A DNA stretch of 64,000 nt from positions 62,001-126,000 of the forward strand of contig JBMGUZ010000005.1 of the NCBI GenBank assembly GCA_051530055.1. The letters are read 5' to 3'. Below are positions 21,191-32,899 of the stretch, in pieces. Origin of the DNA: Neoechinorhynchus agilis. Taxonomy: Eukaryota; Animalia; Acanthocephala. Within the stretch, counting starts at the first letter, position 1, and every line of letters starts with the position of its first letter. The translations under genes were made by a program, and so were the position numbers. Below the pieces are notes generated by a model. It worked only from the letters and a program-made list of their open reading frames with translations, was not told where the DNA came from and did not search any database.

Positions 21191-22070
21191 GACAAAGATG
21201 GGTGGGTTCCAAGATGTTGGGTTAATTCGTCGTTCTCAACCCCCAAGAAATTACGCTATTGATCTCAGAATGGCGTGAGAACCTTCCTCCTGACTATTGG
21301 CAAACGAAACCGTGTCGCCCGAAAGCATCAACCAAAGACCCACATCGAAAGCGATGGGGCGTGCATATCGGGACACCAAGTCTTAAGGAAACTGCGATCC
21401 TCGTTACCTCATCAGTGAGAAGAGTTCCCAGGGATGCCAGAGGAGCAGACTCCAACCACGCCCCGATTTTCGTGTCGAAATTGCCGACAATCGAGAAACC
21501 TGAAAGTAGAGAGCTGTGAGTTCTCGCGGCGAAAGGCCTTTCCCAGATCAACTGTCTGAGGCCATTTACGGGAACATTGTTAGTTCCTGCATGCTGGTAC
21601 CATTCTTCAACTGCCACCACAAATTCTTGGTCAAGACAAAACTTTTCCCTTAGAATTTTCTTCGCCAAGAAAGGCATGACACAGGCAATGAAGATTGTCG
21701 CCACGCCTCATCTGAGAGCTGTACATTTAAAATACGCTAGAGACAAGCCCTCACCTTGTCGTCGAGCTCGGCCAATCCTTCTTTATGTTTGAAGATTGTT
21801 GCCAATAACAATTTCGGGATAAAGAGTGCGTTCTTTATCCGAAATAATGCTTCGTGAGCCGAAAGAGCGCTGACCCTATCACACAGCAACGATAGTTTCG
21901 GTATGATGCGGCCGATCTCAGCTTCCACATTTGAATCAAATGCGCAACTACCCAGGAGGCTGAGTTGCTCTGGAGGCTGAACTCTATGTCCATTCTCGAG
22001 GTCTCCCTAATCAGCGTCTCCAAATCGCGCAGTACAACGGAGGGATCACCTCCGAGCGTAGCCGAATACC
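21190..22070 (-). mobile_element. CRE-clade family 1 fragment (late RT to RLE zinc finger), truncated at both ends
   Basis: GAWLESAPLASLGTLLTDEVTRIAVSLRLGVPICTPHRFRCGSLVDAFGRHGFVCQ and LSAHEALFRIKNALFIPKLL, with stops and frameshifts. Confidence 0.85.
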
Positions 22071-22095
22071 ATAATTTGTTCAATGACTTTTACCT

Positions 22096-22481
22096 AGGCA
22101 AGGAAACTGTTTATAATGCTGGTAAGCATTCTTCAGAATGAAAGTCACAAAGAGTTTTGACCACGTTGTTGAGGCCCGAGGTTTTAATCCACGATGTGGC
22201 TGCTTGCTGCGAAGGTACGAATTTTTTCTTAGAGACAACGCGATACCATTGAGAAGAGTTGGGAAGGAGTGATTTGATCCTACCTCTATCCTTGTTCAGT
22301 TGGAAACGAGCTCTACAAGGCCAGTGTAATGCTGACCAGAATTTAATTCCTCCCGTAAAGGGAAAGAGCACGCGGGGTTTCATCGAAGCAATTAATTTGC
22401 CTAACTATAGTTAGGAGTCTACACCCGGTAAATAAGTATTTATTAAAGACGTTTCGAAGCTCGTAACTCTTCGAGCCTTGC
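22096..22481 (-). mobile_element. PLE pseudo-LTR-like fragment with truncated hammerhead remnant
   Basis: Homologous to 44349-44716. It keeps CGAGCTTCGAAACGTC followed by TTTAATAAAT but lacks the CUGANGA box present in the 44.7-kb copy. No PLE RT is attached, so the assignment is inferred. Confidence 0.4.
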
Positions 22482-23163
22482 TTCCAATGGCCAGAGGTCT
22501 TTGAGCACAATGTCCCCATTTTTGACACTTGTTGCATTTCGGATAGGTACAGTCTTGTTGTGAAATTTTGTTTATAAAGAATTTTACTTCCATAGATTGA
22601 AAAGAGCATGGAGATGTTGTTAGCTTGTCTTGAACAGCAACAGGTGTTTTAACCACTGCCCGAGGAATCAGTTTCCCACGTAGTAAAGACTTTAAGAAGA
22701 ATAACAGCTTACATCCGAACTTTTCGAAAGCGACCCTGTCTTCATTATCTATCTCCGGTGAGAGGTCGGAAACGATGAACGTAAATGTATAGCTTTAATC
22801 CGTGTATTGCAGGATAGCATCATCCTTAAATCTAGTAAGGAAAAACTCCTGAATTGTTTCTTAAATAAATCGGAGATGAAGTGAATTTTCAAAACTAAAC
22901 CATTAAGCGAAATTGACTTAATATGATTGTAATCATCTTTGAGTGATTTGAGCTACGGCGCTGCGTAAGCCTTGTTAAGGGATTCCCTGGGTTGAACGGG
23001 GTTCGTCGTTATTGAGATCCAAAATGGTCATTTTTTAACTTGGTATCGAGGTACTGTGAATCCCTTGAATTCGCACGATGTTGAGGTTTTCGTTGTATGT
23101 TCCCGAGGTGTTCATGGCTCACTCCATGAATGAAAATCCACCCATGTCTTCGTCCATATCCAT
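22482..23163 (-). mobile_element. Decayed LINE ORF1 (gag-like) fragment
   Basis: DRVAFEKFGCKLLFFLKS...TYPKCNKCQKWGH aligns by eye with DRDLFESSFGCTIKYFIKS...VFPRCNICQQWGH of the 7.6-kb LINE. A second copy lies at 47079-47734. Confidence 0.7.
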
Positions 23164-23184
23164 TGATTCCGTCACTTAGTCGTC

Positions 23185-25290
23185 TTAACGAGTTTAATTC
23201 ATTGTTTTAACATTATTTTCTGGTCGACATGAAAAAATACAAAATTAATGATTTGTTATTGATTTGGTTTCGATTTGTAGAGGGAACATAACGCGTTTTA
23301 TTAATAATGCGTTCAAATGGGCATAAATTTTTGTTCATTGGTACACTCGACAGTGTTCGACCGGTTGAGATAATACATTTTTTAAGAGCAATAAATAACC
23401 TTAGCACTGAATTGTAAAGACCTTTAGAGTTTGTTGAAGAAACAAAGTCAAATGAAACGTTAATGTAATCTTTCTGGCGAAAAGCTAAAGTTATAAAACC
23501 TTTTGCGTAAATGCTAAAATTGGTTTTTGGAAGTATGAATTCATTTCCTTCAGGATGTCAATGCTTCGCGGTCACATTGACATCTTCAATGTCCATTTTC
23601 ATCCCTAATTGTGGAATTGAAACAAACAGAAATCTTCATCGATGGTAACAAAAATTTTCTTTAATTTTTTTCGGTGCCCTCTGAAGCGTCCGAGCGGACA
23701 CTGTACTCGTCATTGGGCTTTGGCCTGAGGCCGCAACTTACTGTAAATTGTTTCGAGATAGAAGTGAAAGTTAGAAAGCTGTTTTTCGCAGTGAGAGTTC
23801 GTTAGCGAAAATCGATACTCTTTTGATGTTCTTTGCAAAGTGAGCCTTACCTTAACTCACGGAGAAAAACTTCTTGCGCTCTTCGCTATCTATGAACTCG
23901 TCAATAAACACCTTACCTTGAAAGTTGCGACGAATTCAACAGAGCTTAAAAAACTAAAATTATACTTAATTTTTACCTTTCAATACAAGTATATTTGAAT
24001 CTTTGCTAAAAACCAAAGGGAATGAAATATAAAAGTCGTTAAAATAAATCGTGCATTCAAAAATTAACTTCATTGGGGTTGAGTCAAGAGTTTTCATCGC
24101 AAATTCTACTTAGTATACAACGCCTATGCTTTTTCGAGGCAATAAAAAGAATTAACGATATTCTTCAGGTCATTTCAAGCCAATGGTCGTCTTTCAAGGA
24201 AAATAACTACAAGACCGCTTTTTTAGACATATTAGAATATTTCACAACGGAACAGCAAAGCTTGAAAATCTGTTTCTACCATCTTTGGACAGCATTTTAT
24301 TAAAAATCGATAGAGACTTCTTGTTCGAAGAATGAAATGATGGATGAGCAATAGAAAGCTCAGGAAAATATTATTGCTACCATCAAAATTCGCATTCGAT
24401 GCCCTAAAGTGTTGAATGGAGGTTTCGAGCATCGTCGTATCCGAATTTATTGGCAATACTTTAAGTGATTTAATGATCAAGAATTACCAAACGATCCGGT
24501 CATCTTTAAAAAATAATTTATATTAAATAGTTTTTATTCGACGTTTTTTAGGTTGACCATGGTATAAAATATTTGAAATATTACAATATTGTTTGTGTAA
24601 CTTTAAAAGACTGTAAAAATTATACGATCACAATTATAGTTGCAAATGATTAAAAGGTATCAAATGATAAATTAAGATGTAGAACAAAGTAATTCTAATT
24701 TACAGCTTTGTCGTGCTTTGAGAACGGCGTTACCTCTGCACAACAAAACGTGCGCGGAAGGTCAAGTAATTTAAAAATTAAATTTTTGTAGAACCGTTAG
24801 AAAATCTTGTGTCCCCTTATCATAGATATTGCAATTATTTTATTTTTTTGAAGTCTGATCAACCGGTAACTTTTATTCAGTTTCTATGTGGGGCCTTTTT
24901 ACGGTTTATATCGGTGGGCTGCGCGCCCAAGGAAAATTATCAGCCGTGAAAAAGGCTACACATAGATATTTTATTTTATATTTGAGCACTGATTTTGATC
25001 ACGGCTGTTTAAAAAGAAACTCAAATCAACAGATGAATTGATTTACTTTTTAAAATATTTTCAATTTTCCATGGTATTTATCATAAGCACTTACTTTGAA
25101 TAACTACAGTCGTAGAGATCAATAAATCGTTGTTTTGCAATCTTGTTTTACTTTATTCGATTAGAAAATAGTTTTACGCGGCCAAGTTTAATTCGAAAAT
25201 CTGATGTTTGATTTAAAGAATGCTTGCCTTCACTGGATCTTATGTCAAGCAGAATTGCAGATGAATGTAAATTCATATGTACTATATCGA
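23185..25290 (+). repeat. Duplicated block A (copy 2) followed by block C
   Basis: Matches 47760-49047 (A part), 58695-60715 (A plus C) and 40940-42030 (A tail plus C). Confidence 0.9.
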
Positions 25291-26770
25291 TTTATTTTTT
25301 CTTTACATTACATTGGGCCCATTACATGTCATCCGGACGCTGGCAGCGTTCCATCGCTGGACCGCCAGACTCAAGTTTTGTCGCAAGAAAGTGATTGACT
25401 GCGGCTCCGTCGCATTCGCGATACGTCGCCCCAGTTCATTCACGAATTCCGCTGCGGCCTTTTCAAATGCCCCGTAAGTCTCTACTCCGAAAGGCAGGAA
25501 TAAAAACTGAGAGGCTAACTCATGATACTTCGCGGTCCTACGTTCCTCCGCTCTCGTTGCCGCGGCTTCTGCGCCTAATTTAGCGGTCGTTATATTGCAG
25601 TTTGCCAGCGTATCGACGCATGTTGCGTCCCATATAAGGCATCTGCCACGTGATCGGGGAAAGATCGTTACCTCGTCAGGACGTTTCCCGTCTGGGCGGC
25701 AGAGATTTTTTGGCTCCAGGATGCAGGGCACATGAATCGATCTCAGCGCTCGACTTATGATAGCATTGATTTCAGCATGGCGGGGAAAACGTCCTGGGGA
25801 CAGTTTACATGGGAGTCCCTTGGTGTCCACTGTGACACCACATCGACATTTATGAGCGACGCAAATGTCCATTCCGAATCTGAGACAGTAAGCAATACGG
25901 AAGGTCTCATCATCCAGCAAAGTGCCCAAATTTGAGGATGGTAGAGCATCAAGCCAGGCTCCAGATTCTTTGGTCGAACAAGCAGCGAGACGGATCCCAG
26001 CCATTTTATCCATCTGGTCTTGTAATTGAGATTGAACCCGATGAACGAGTGGAGAATCCAACGCTTGCTGTTTGTTGCTTTCTCCAGGTATCTGTGTTTG
26101 CCAGCTTAATGTTGTCCAATTTCACAAAAGCTCGATCGAAATGCTCCGCGTTGACCTCATTAAAAATATTAGTTGAGTACTTAAGACTAGCACAAATGGA
26201 GGCAAGGAAAGCCGGTAAAGTGACATCTTTAGTCTGTAGTAGTCCGGAACCCCCACTTAATGTCGGTAATGTAGCTTGTCTCCATGATGTATCGTCAGAG
26301 GCGATGTTAAGCGTTTTCTCCAGCTCATCGCAAAATAGGCAGTCCAATTTATCGAGGTCGTCCGTGTTGTCGAAGGCAGGAACAGTCCTTAGTTTGTGCA
26401 GGAGCTTAGGCATGAAGAGGCAGTTCTTTATCAAGAAGATTGCTTCATGGCTCTTCAAATCCGATGTTCTCTTGCATATCAGCTTTAGCTCTGAAGCGGT
26501 CATTTCAATATCCTTTGGAAGATTCTCCTTCATCACGCAAGATCCCAATAGACGAAGCTTACTAAGATTAATGGTTTCTATTCCTAGTGCAACCGATGAA
26601 AACTCATCCAATATAATTGGCTCGTTTTTTCCCTTCATGTTTAGCAGCAGAATTTGGCACTTTGCGAAATTGAGTTGCAACCCCAGTTCTTTGGTTTTTT
26701 CTACGAGTATTTTAAAATCGTCCAGAACTATTGCTGCTACGTTTGTCGTTGTCGGACTTTACATCGTTGC
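25290..26770 (-). mobile_element. CRE-clade family 2, 5'-truncated, with complete RLE domain
   Basis: LGLQLNFAKC, HEAIFLIKNCLFMPKL, ESGAWLDALPSSNLGTLLD, HKCRCG..RHAEIN, DGKRPD..LIWDATCVDT and GVETYG..LSLAVQR, then an A-rich tail. One frameshift lies near 26.03 kb. Confidence 0.9.
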
Positions 26771-27384
26771 CGAAAACTAACTGTTAGTGAACTTTTCAAA
26801 CTTTCAGCGCTTGCTTTATTCTCAAAAATATGAATTTTGGACGCATTATCCATTTTTTATTTTTTAAAAACCTATTGTTAGTCGTCGTATGCGCTTTTGA
26901 AGAACTTCGGAATCGTTTTTAGATTCTAATAACCAAGAAATAAGCGTTTACGTTTTGGTTTTTAATTTTTTTGTCAGTTCAAACCTTAAAATAATTATGT
27001 TCTTTACGTAACATTCAGGCGCATTGCTTTTGGCTAATTTCAAAGCGATAATCGATGTTTTATTCTTTGAATGCCGAATAAGTTTAAAGGGTAAATACGG
27101 ACCGCTATGCCAAATTCGACGTTTCGGGTTTTATGGACTTTTTCTTCCCATTTACACCAGCAAATAAAATAGAACAACAGTGCAATATTCTTCGTCCGTT
27201 TAACGATCCAAAATTAATGGTGAAATCTTTTGAACCAGACAAATAATTTATTGCTTCCGGTTTTTTTATCGTTATGTTTGTTTATGGTGGAAATTGTGAA
27301 GGAGTTTTATTAAATCCCATAAAAGGAGCTCCGTTCAAAGGCCTAGATTTTTGTATCTACACGACGAAAGCTGAATCATTAGTT

Positions 27385-27840
27385 AGGTTTATCCAAGCCG
27401 TCCGAAAGCTTCTGGAGTCATTTATTCTGCAGTTCAGCAAATAGTCATCGTGTTCCCGCTTTGAACATTTAGCGAATCCGAAGTCGGTTACCTTTACTTA
27501 GCCGTTTTCTTTAACTAAAATATTCTCAGCTTTAATATCCCAGTGGGCAACCTTAATTCGATGTAAATAATCGAAAACGAGGACAATTTGAGCTCTGATA
27601 AATCTATTTTATTCTTCACTAAATCATCGTTTTGCACGCAAATGTTCATACAAATCTCCGGTTTGTATTAAATTCATCACAATGTACAAATGGCCGTTAT
27701 ACTTATACGATCCCTAGAAATCCACAATATTTGAAATGAATATATTACTCAGCATTGCCTCTTCATTAACTGTTCGCTTTGTTTGTCTAGTTTGGAAGAG
27801 ATGGAATTTTTCATGTACTTTTACTGCAAAATGATCGTGT
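27385..27840 (-). pseudogene. PKA-catalytic-subunit-like (AGC) Ser/Thr kinase pseudogene
   Basis: [84 protein letters not shown] parallels PKA ([30 protein letters not shown]). It has at least four in-frame stops, HRD changed to HWD, and a frameshift. Confidence 0.85.
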
Positions 27841-28504
27841 TGTGAGATCCATCAGAAACCTTCTTTGGATGGTCATTGAATGAAGATGGAACCCAGACAC
27901 CCTTCAAAAGAATCAATTTTTCGTTTCGTCCGAGGGACGAAAACAAAAATGAAAGAATGCTCAAGAAGTGGATTTTTATATCAACATTTAATTTTAGTTA
28001 ATTTTTGTGATCTCGCTGATTTGTTGACTTGCTTATGCGAGTTAATAAAATACCGAGATGTTCAACGTATTATGGAAAGTAGTCTTGGATAAATTAAAGG
28101 TTAGTCCAGTTTTCTATACGATTATTTATTAGTCCAACTCAAATCGATTAACTTGCTAATTCGTTGCAATCGTGGTGTTAATATATATTGATTTATTGTG
28201 TTAATATGATTATCCATTTATCCAAATATAATAAGATGCGCCAAAATTTATTTTTTGAATTTTTCGATTTACGTTTTTGAAGACTCATGGGACCTTATTC
28301 TTAACGCCGCCAAACTCAGACCGATTATCACCTTTGACTTTACCGATCACATTTGAGGATTTCGTTTTAATGGACTAGCAGGCAAATTGATCAGAAAATG
28401 CCAGTTATCATTCAATTAACCGATTTTGAGAGGTAGAGATATAAAAGTAAATTCGAGTTTGGCGATGTTTTCCCCGGATTGTTGATGGTGTTGATCATTT
28501 ATTT

Positions 28505-28544
28505 TAAAATATTTCGTAAGCATTTTGCTTACCCTTTCAGCTAT
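28505..28544 (-). ncRNA. Degenerate minimal hammerhead ribozyme motif in the PLE1 3' region
   Basis: CUGAAAG-G-GUAAGCA-AAA-UGCUUAC-GAAA-UA-UU. Helix II is a perfect 7 bp, but the core reads AAG instead of AGA. Confidence 0.45.
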
Positions 28545-29278
28545 ATCTACAAATTAAGCTACAAGTCAGAATTTGACTATAGGCGTGGATCCGCGGGTTC
28601 GCCAAGCGCCGTGACCTACATATAAGCTGCGGTGATCTAACGTTTTGTTTTGTCAAGGAGTTTCGGAATTACTAGCATATGATTCGCTTTCTTACGCTCC
28701 ATGGTTACATTCCTATGATGTATATTGCCTCCATTACCAATCTCCTCCGTAAATTAGCCTCAGGCTGTATTATTGATGCTCGTCGGAAGTCCACACGGTG
28801 TTTTTCCTTCTCCTGATGATTGGGGATCGCGGAGGAACCATCAAACCTCCTGCACGCCTGTTTGTGTTGCGCTAGTCTTTTGGACAATCCTTGCATCGTT
28901 TGCCCCACATAGATAGGATCACATTCGATGCATGGGATTTTATATACTCCTTTGTGGCATTCTCTACTGTTCTTCTTCTTGAGCAATCCCGTGGTAGTTA
29001 GACCTTTGTTGTACGAGATTCTTAGGTTCGGATATTTCCTCTTCAGACTATTTAGCTTCTTACTTGTTGTATCGCTCACGAACTTAAGAGATCCATACAT
29101 CTTGGGTTCGGCTGTCTTGGTTTCTTTTACTCATTTTGGACTGTTGATTCGTTGCGTGCCCCGCTTGATTATCAACCATTTCGATATTCTTGATTGAGTG
29201 TGCTCACTTTTGACGTTATTTGTTTGGCTCGTTGGAGGTAAGAAGTTACTGTGGATAGTTTGTGTTGCATAGGCTGGT

Positions 29279-31010
29279 AACTGGTCCATACTGGGGGTCC
29301 CCAAGTTAGGTTTATGGTACATCAACGTTTCGACTGTACCTCTTTTTGCCCGATCCATGAAGGAGATGTGACCATTTTCCTCTTGCTCAACTGACCATTG
29401 AATATCACTACTTCGCTAATGACTGGTCCATACTGGGAGTCCCGAAGGTAAGTTAGGTTTATGGTACATCAACGTTTCGACTGTGCTTCTTTTTGGCCGA
29501 TACATGAAAGAGATGTGACCATTTTCCTCTTGCTCAACCTACCATTGAATATCACTACTTCGCTAATGACTGGTCCATACTGGGAGTCCCGAAGGTAAGT
29601 TAGGTTTATGGTACATCAACGTTTCGACTGTGCTTCTTTTTGGCCGATCCATGAAAGAGATGTGACCATTTTCCTCTTTCTCGACTGACCATTGAATATC
29701 ACTACTTCGCTAATGACTGGTCCATACTGGGAGTCCCGAAGGTAAGTTAGGTTTATGGTACATCAACGTTTCGACTGTGCTTCTTTTTGGCCGATCCATG
29801 AAAGAGATGTGACCATTTTCCTCTTGCTCAACTGACCATTGAATATCACTACTTCGCTAATGACTGGTCCATACTGGGAGTCCCGAAGGTAAGTTAGGTT
29901 TATGGTACATCAACGTTTCGACTGTGCTTCTTTTTGGCCGATCCATGAAAGAGATGTGACCATTTTCTTCTTGCTCAACCTACCATTGAATATCACTACT
30001 TCGCTAATGACTGGTCCATACTGGGAGTCCCGAAGGTAAGTTAGGTTTATGGTACATCAACGTTTCGACTGTGCTTCTTTTTGCCCGATCCATGAAAGAG
30101 ATGTGACCATTTTCCTCTTGCTCAACTGACCATTGAATATCACTACTTCGCTAATGACTGGTCCATACTGGGAGTCCCGAAGGTAAGTTAGGTTTATGGT
30201 ACATCAACGTTTCGACTGTGCCTCTTTTTGCCCGATCCATGAAAGAGATGTGACCATTTTCCTCTTTCTCGACTGACCATTGAATATCACTACTTCGCTA
30301 ATGACTGGTCCATACTGGGAGTCCCGAAGGTAAGTTAGGTTTATGGTACATCAACGTTTCGACTGTGCTTCTTTTTGGCCGATCCATGAAAGAGATGTGA
30401 CCATTTTCCTCTTGCTCAACTTACCATTGAATATCACTACTTCGCTAATGACTGGTCCATACTGGGAGTCCCGAAGGTAAGTTAGGTTTATGGTACATCA
30501 ACGTTTCGACTGTGCTTCTTTTTGGCCGATACATGAAAGAGATGTGACCATTTTCCTCTTTCTCGACTGACCATTGAATATCACTACTTCGCTAATGACT
30601 GGTCCATACTGGGAGTCCCGAAGGTTAGTTAGGTTTATGGTACATCAACGTTTCGACTGTGCCTCTTTTTGCCCGATCCATGAAAGAGATGTGACCATTT
30701 TTCTCTTTCTCGACTGACCATTGAATATCACCACTTACTTCGCTGGTGACTGGTCTATACTGGGGGTCCCCAAGTTAGGCATATGGTACATCACCGTTTC
30801 GACTGTACCTCTTTTTGATCGATCCATAAAGGAGATGTGACCATTTTCCTCTTGCTCAACTGACCATTGAATATCACTACTTCGCTAATGACTGGTCCAT
30901 ACTGGGAGTCCCGAGGGTAAGTTAGGTTTATGGTACATCGACGTTTCGACTGTACCTATTTTTGCCCGATCCACCTCTTGCTCAACTGACCATTGAATAT
31001 CGCTACTTCA
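29279..31010. repeat. Tandem array of about 12 units; eight consecutive periods are exactly 147 bp
   Basis: Unit starts (GACTGGTCC) at 29421, 29568, 29715, 29862, 30009, 30156, 30303, 30450, 30597, 30748 and 30890, plus one at ~29279. The outer 142-bp units lack a 5-bp insertion. Confidence 0.97.
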
Positions 31011-32202
31011 TTTAAATCTTCCTTAAGTCTGTTATGGTCGATATTCTGGTTCGTAATGATAAACGCATCATCCACATATCTTCTCTTCAACCTATGATGT
31101 ATCGTTTGGAGGTTAGAAACTTGTCCTCCCATTTGCGCATATAAAGGTCTGCCAGGACTGGTGCTGGAGGTGATCCCATAGCCATACCATCATACTGTTC
31201 ATAATATTTGTGATTGAATTCGAATGACGTTTTACACGTACACCAACTTAGGAGGTCCAGTCCTGGTTCAGGACAATTCTGTTCTAGTAAATAAGCAGCC
31301 ATATTCATTGTCTCCACTAATGAGATGTTAGTAGATCGAGAATTAACGCCCGCTGTGAAAAATTGATGTTCGTGATGTTGTCCCTGTCTGATGAAAGCAG
31401 CGAAAGCTGGGCTATCGGCAATATACGAGGTCGCAGGTGGTTGAGATTGCCGAAGTATACTATTTATTTTCGTTGCCAATTTGGGATTGAACGAATCATA
31501 TGAAGCGATGATCTGACGGAATTGTAAACTCGGCTTATGTATTTTGGGGGATAAATATAAAGACGCGCTGGATGCGAATGTGGATTTCGTTTGCTGATGA
31601 AAGAGATTCGATATGCGCGACGAATTGACTAATTTTCTTAACATCGAGTTCAGTTCCGTCTCCCTCTTCCTTGTAGGGTCATAATGGAGTTCCTTGAATT
31701 TTTAAGACGAGAGTAGATTGTGGGCAGCTATATTGTATTCATCTAAATCGACGACGACTGTGGCTCTTCTTTTGTCTGATTTTAGTATGGCAATTGACTC
31801 GATTTTTTTATGCTGGCAAGAATCTCGTTCGCCCCTTTCTGTAATCTTCTGTTGTGGTGCCTTACGGTGATATCATATCCACTAATAGTACACAATTCAT
31901 TTGGTCAATCCTTGATTAGTAGCTCCGTATCCACGCTTATCTCTTTATCTTTCAGATTGTTAGCTGCTACATAGTCTGGACCTTTGTTCAATAACGTTTT
32001 ATCTTCTGCTCTGAAAATATAACCAGAGTAGTTGACGAAGTATTCTCTCCTCGCAGTCTGTTTGGGTCTCAATCGTTCTTATTTCTTTTGGTGTCTTGCT
32101 TTAAGATTACTAAGCGCTGCTTGATTGTTCAGCCGCATGTTTTATCTGGTGATGATTGTTTGATAGACAATCCGACTGAAAAATTGATTTTATTAAAATC
32201 TC

Positions 32203-32233
32203 AAGCTTTCGCCGTCCAACGACTTCTTCAGGG
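32203..32233 (-). ncRNA. Minimal hammerhead ribozyme motif with weak helix I
   Basis: CUGAAGA-A-GUCGU-UGG-ACGGC-GAAA-GC-UU, with a palindromic AAGCUU helix III, followed by AATAAA. Confidence 0.5.
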
Positions 32234-32609
32234 TGTAATCTGCAATGCGAGTGGAGTGGAATGGAGGTTCACAGGAGATTCATGACGGCAGACAACTCAT
32301 CCTTCTGGTTAATGAGTGTCCTACCGACCGACCGATGCCCGCTAGAGTCCTTCAGTCTATATCCTGCTACGTGTGTTGACGCAAACACTTAGCCACTTGA
32401 TGTCCTCTGAATTAAGGGTGTTGATGAGATGTTCCCATATTTTTAGCGATGATTGTTTGAGAGAAATTTGCTTAGAATTTGGCATCAATAGGGTTGCCTT
32501 GACCGTTGCCCATTGTGAAAACAAAAAAACGTATAGACAAAATCCAAAAATCATTATACTTAACCAGTTTTTTCTTGGCTAGGACACATCTAATAAACGA
32601 TGGGATCGT

Positions 32610-32681
32610 TATTGCAATACCTCTACCACCGACGACACCGATGCCGTCCCCGAGCGAAGCGGGGGGGTCCCTTCTATCTAG
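32610..32681 (+). mobile_element. Helitron/Helentron-type terminal hairpin
   Basis: CCCCG-AGCGAAG-CGGGG hairpin at 32648-32664, with CTAG 13 nt downstream at 32678-32681. The base after CTAG is C rather than the expected T. Confidence 0.35.
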
Positions 32682-32899
32682 CGTTTAAATATTGCTGGTG
32701 CTGAACTTATACTGAAGAGTAATCGGGTGTATCTAAAGAATCCTCTATTATTGGCCACCGTGAGAAATCGTCTTGATTGGTTCTCAACAGGCAGTTGTAG
32801 ATATGCATCCTTAAGATCCGGTAGCGAATACTGTTATCCGCCTGATATCTTACAAATTATTTCGCCCACGTTGGTAAAATATAACTATTTGTCGATAGG

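Larger units (their letters stand above)
28480..32620 (-). mobile_element. Penelope-like element 1 (RT plus GIY-YIG), decayed, with a tandem array inside the RT
   Basis: RT motifs SPKIHK, FNHKYYEQYDGMAMGSPPAPVLADLYM and IQWSVEQEENGHISFMD. GIY-YIG GVYKIPCIECDPIYVGQT..RLAQH..EA at 28705-29100. Confidence 0.9.

Noticed and set aside
22111-22136. CTGAAGA followed by a 5-bp stem on the minus strand (also at ~44.37 kb) as another hammerhead
   Set aside because: The stem is followed by TATAAAC rather than GAAA, so the catalytic core is absent.
25932-26780. 282-aa plus-strand ORF and its twin at 61162-62010
   Set aside because: It is the antisense shadow of the CRE RT region. The twins are identical because the DNA is identical, not because of selection.
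27385-27840. Stop-codon reassignment to rescue the kinase and other broken frames
   Set aside because: TAA, TAG and TGA all interrupt these frames, frameshifts co-occur, and the intact genes use the standard code and end in TGA or TAA.
27385-27840. RIP-like or methylation-driven C-to-T hypermutation
   Set aside because: Several stops could be C-to-T changes, but there are few of them, paralogue differences include many transversions, and CpG is common throughout the window.
29415-29450. CTAATGA...CGAAG in the 147-bp unit as a hammerhead or retrozyme monomer
   Set aside because: The essential G of CUGA is A, helix II has no closing pair, and GAAA is GAAG. The GAAACGTT on the other strand has no upstream CUGANGA.
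29279-31010. Regular array as a CRISPR locus
   Set aside because: Units are whole 147-bp tandem copies with no unique spacers, there are no cas genes, and the context is eukaryotic PLE coding sequence.
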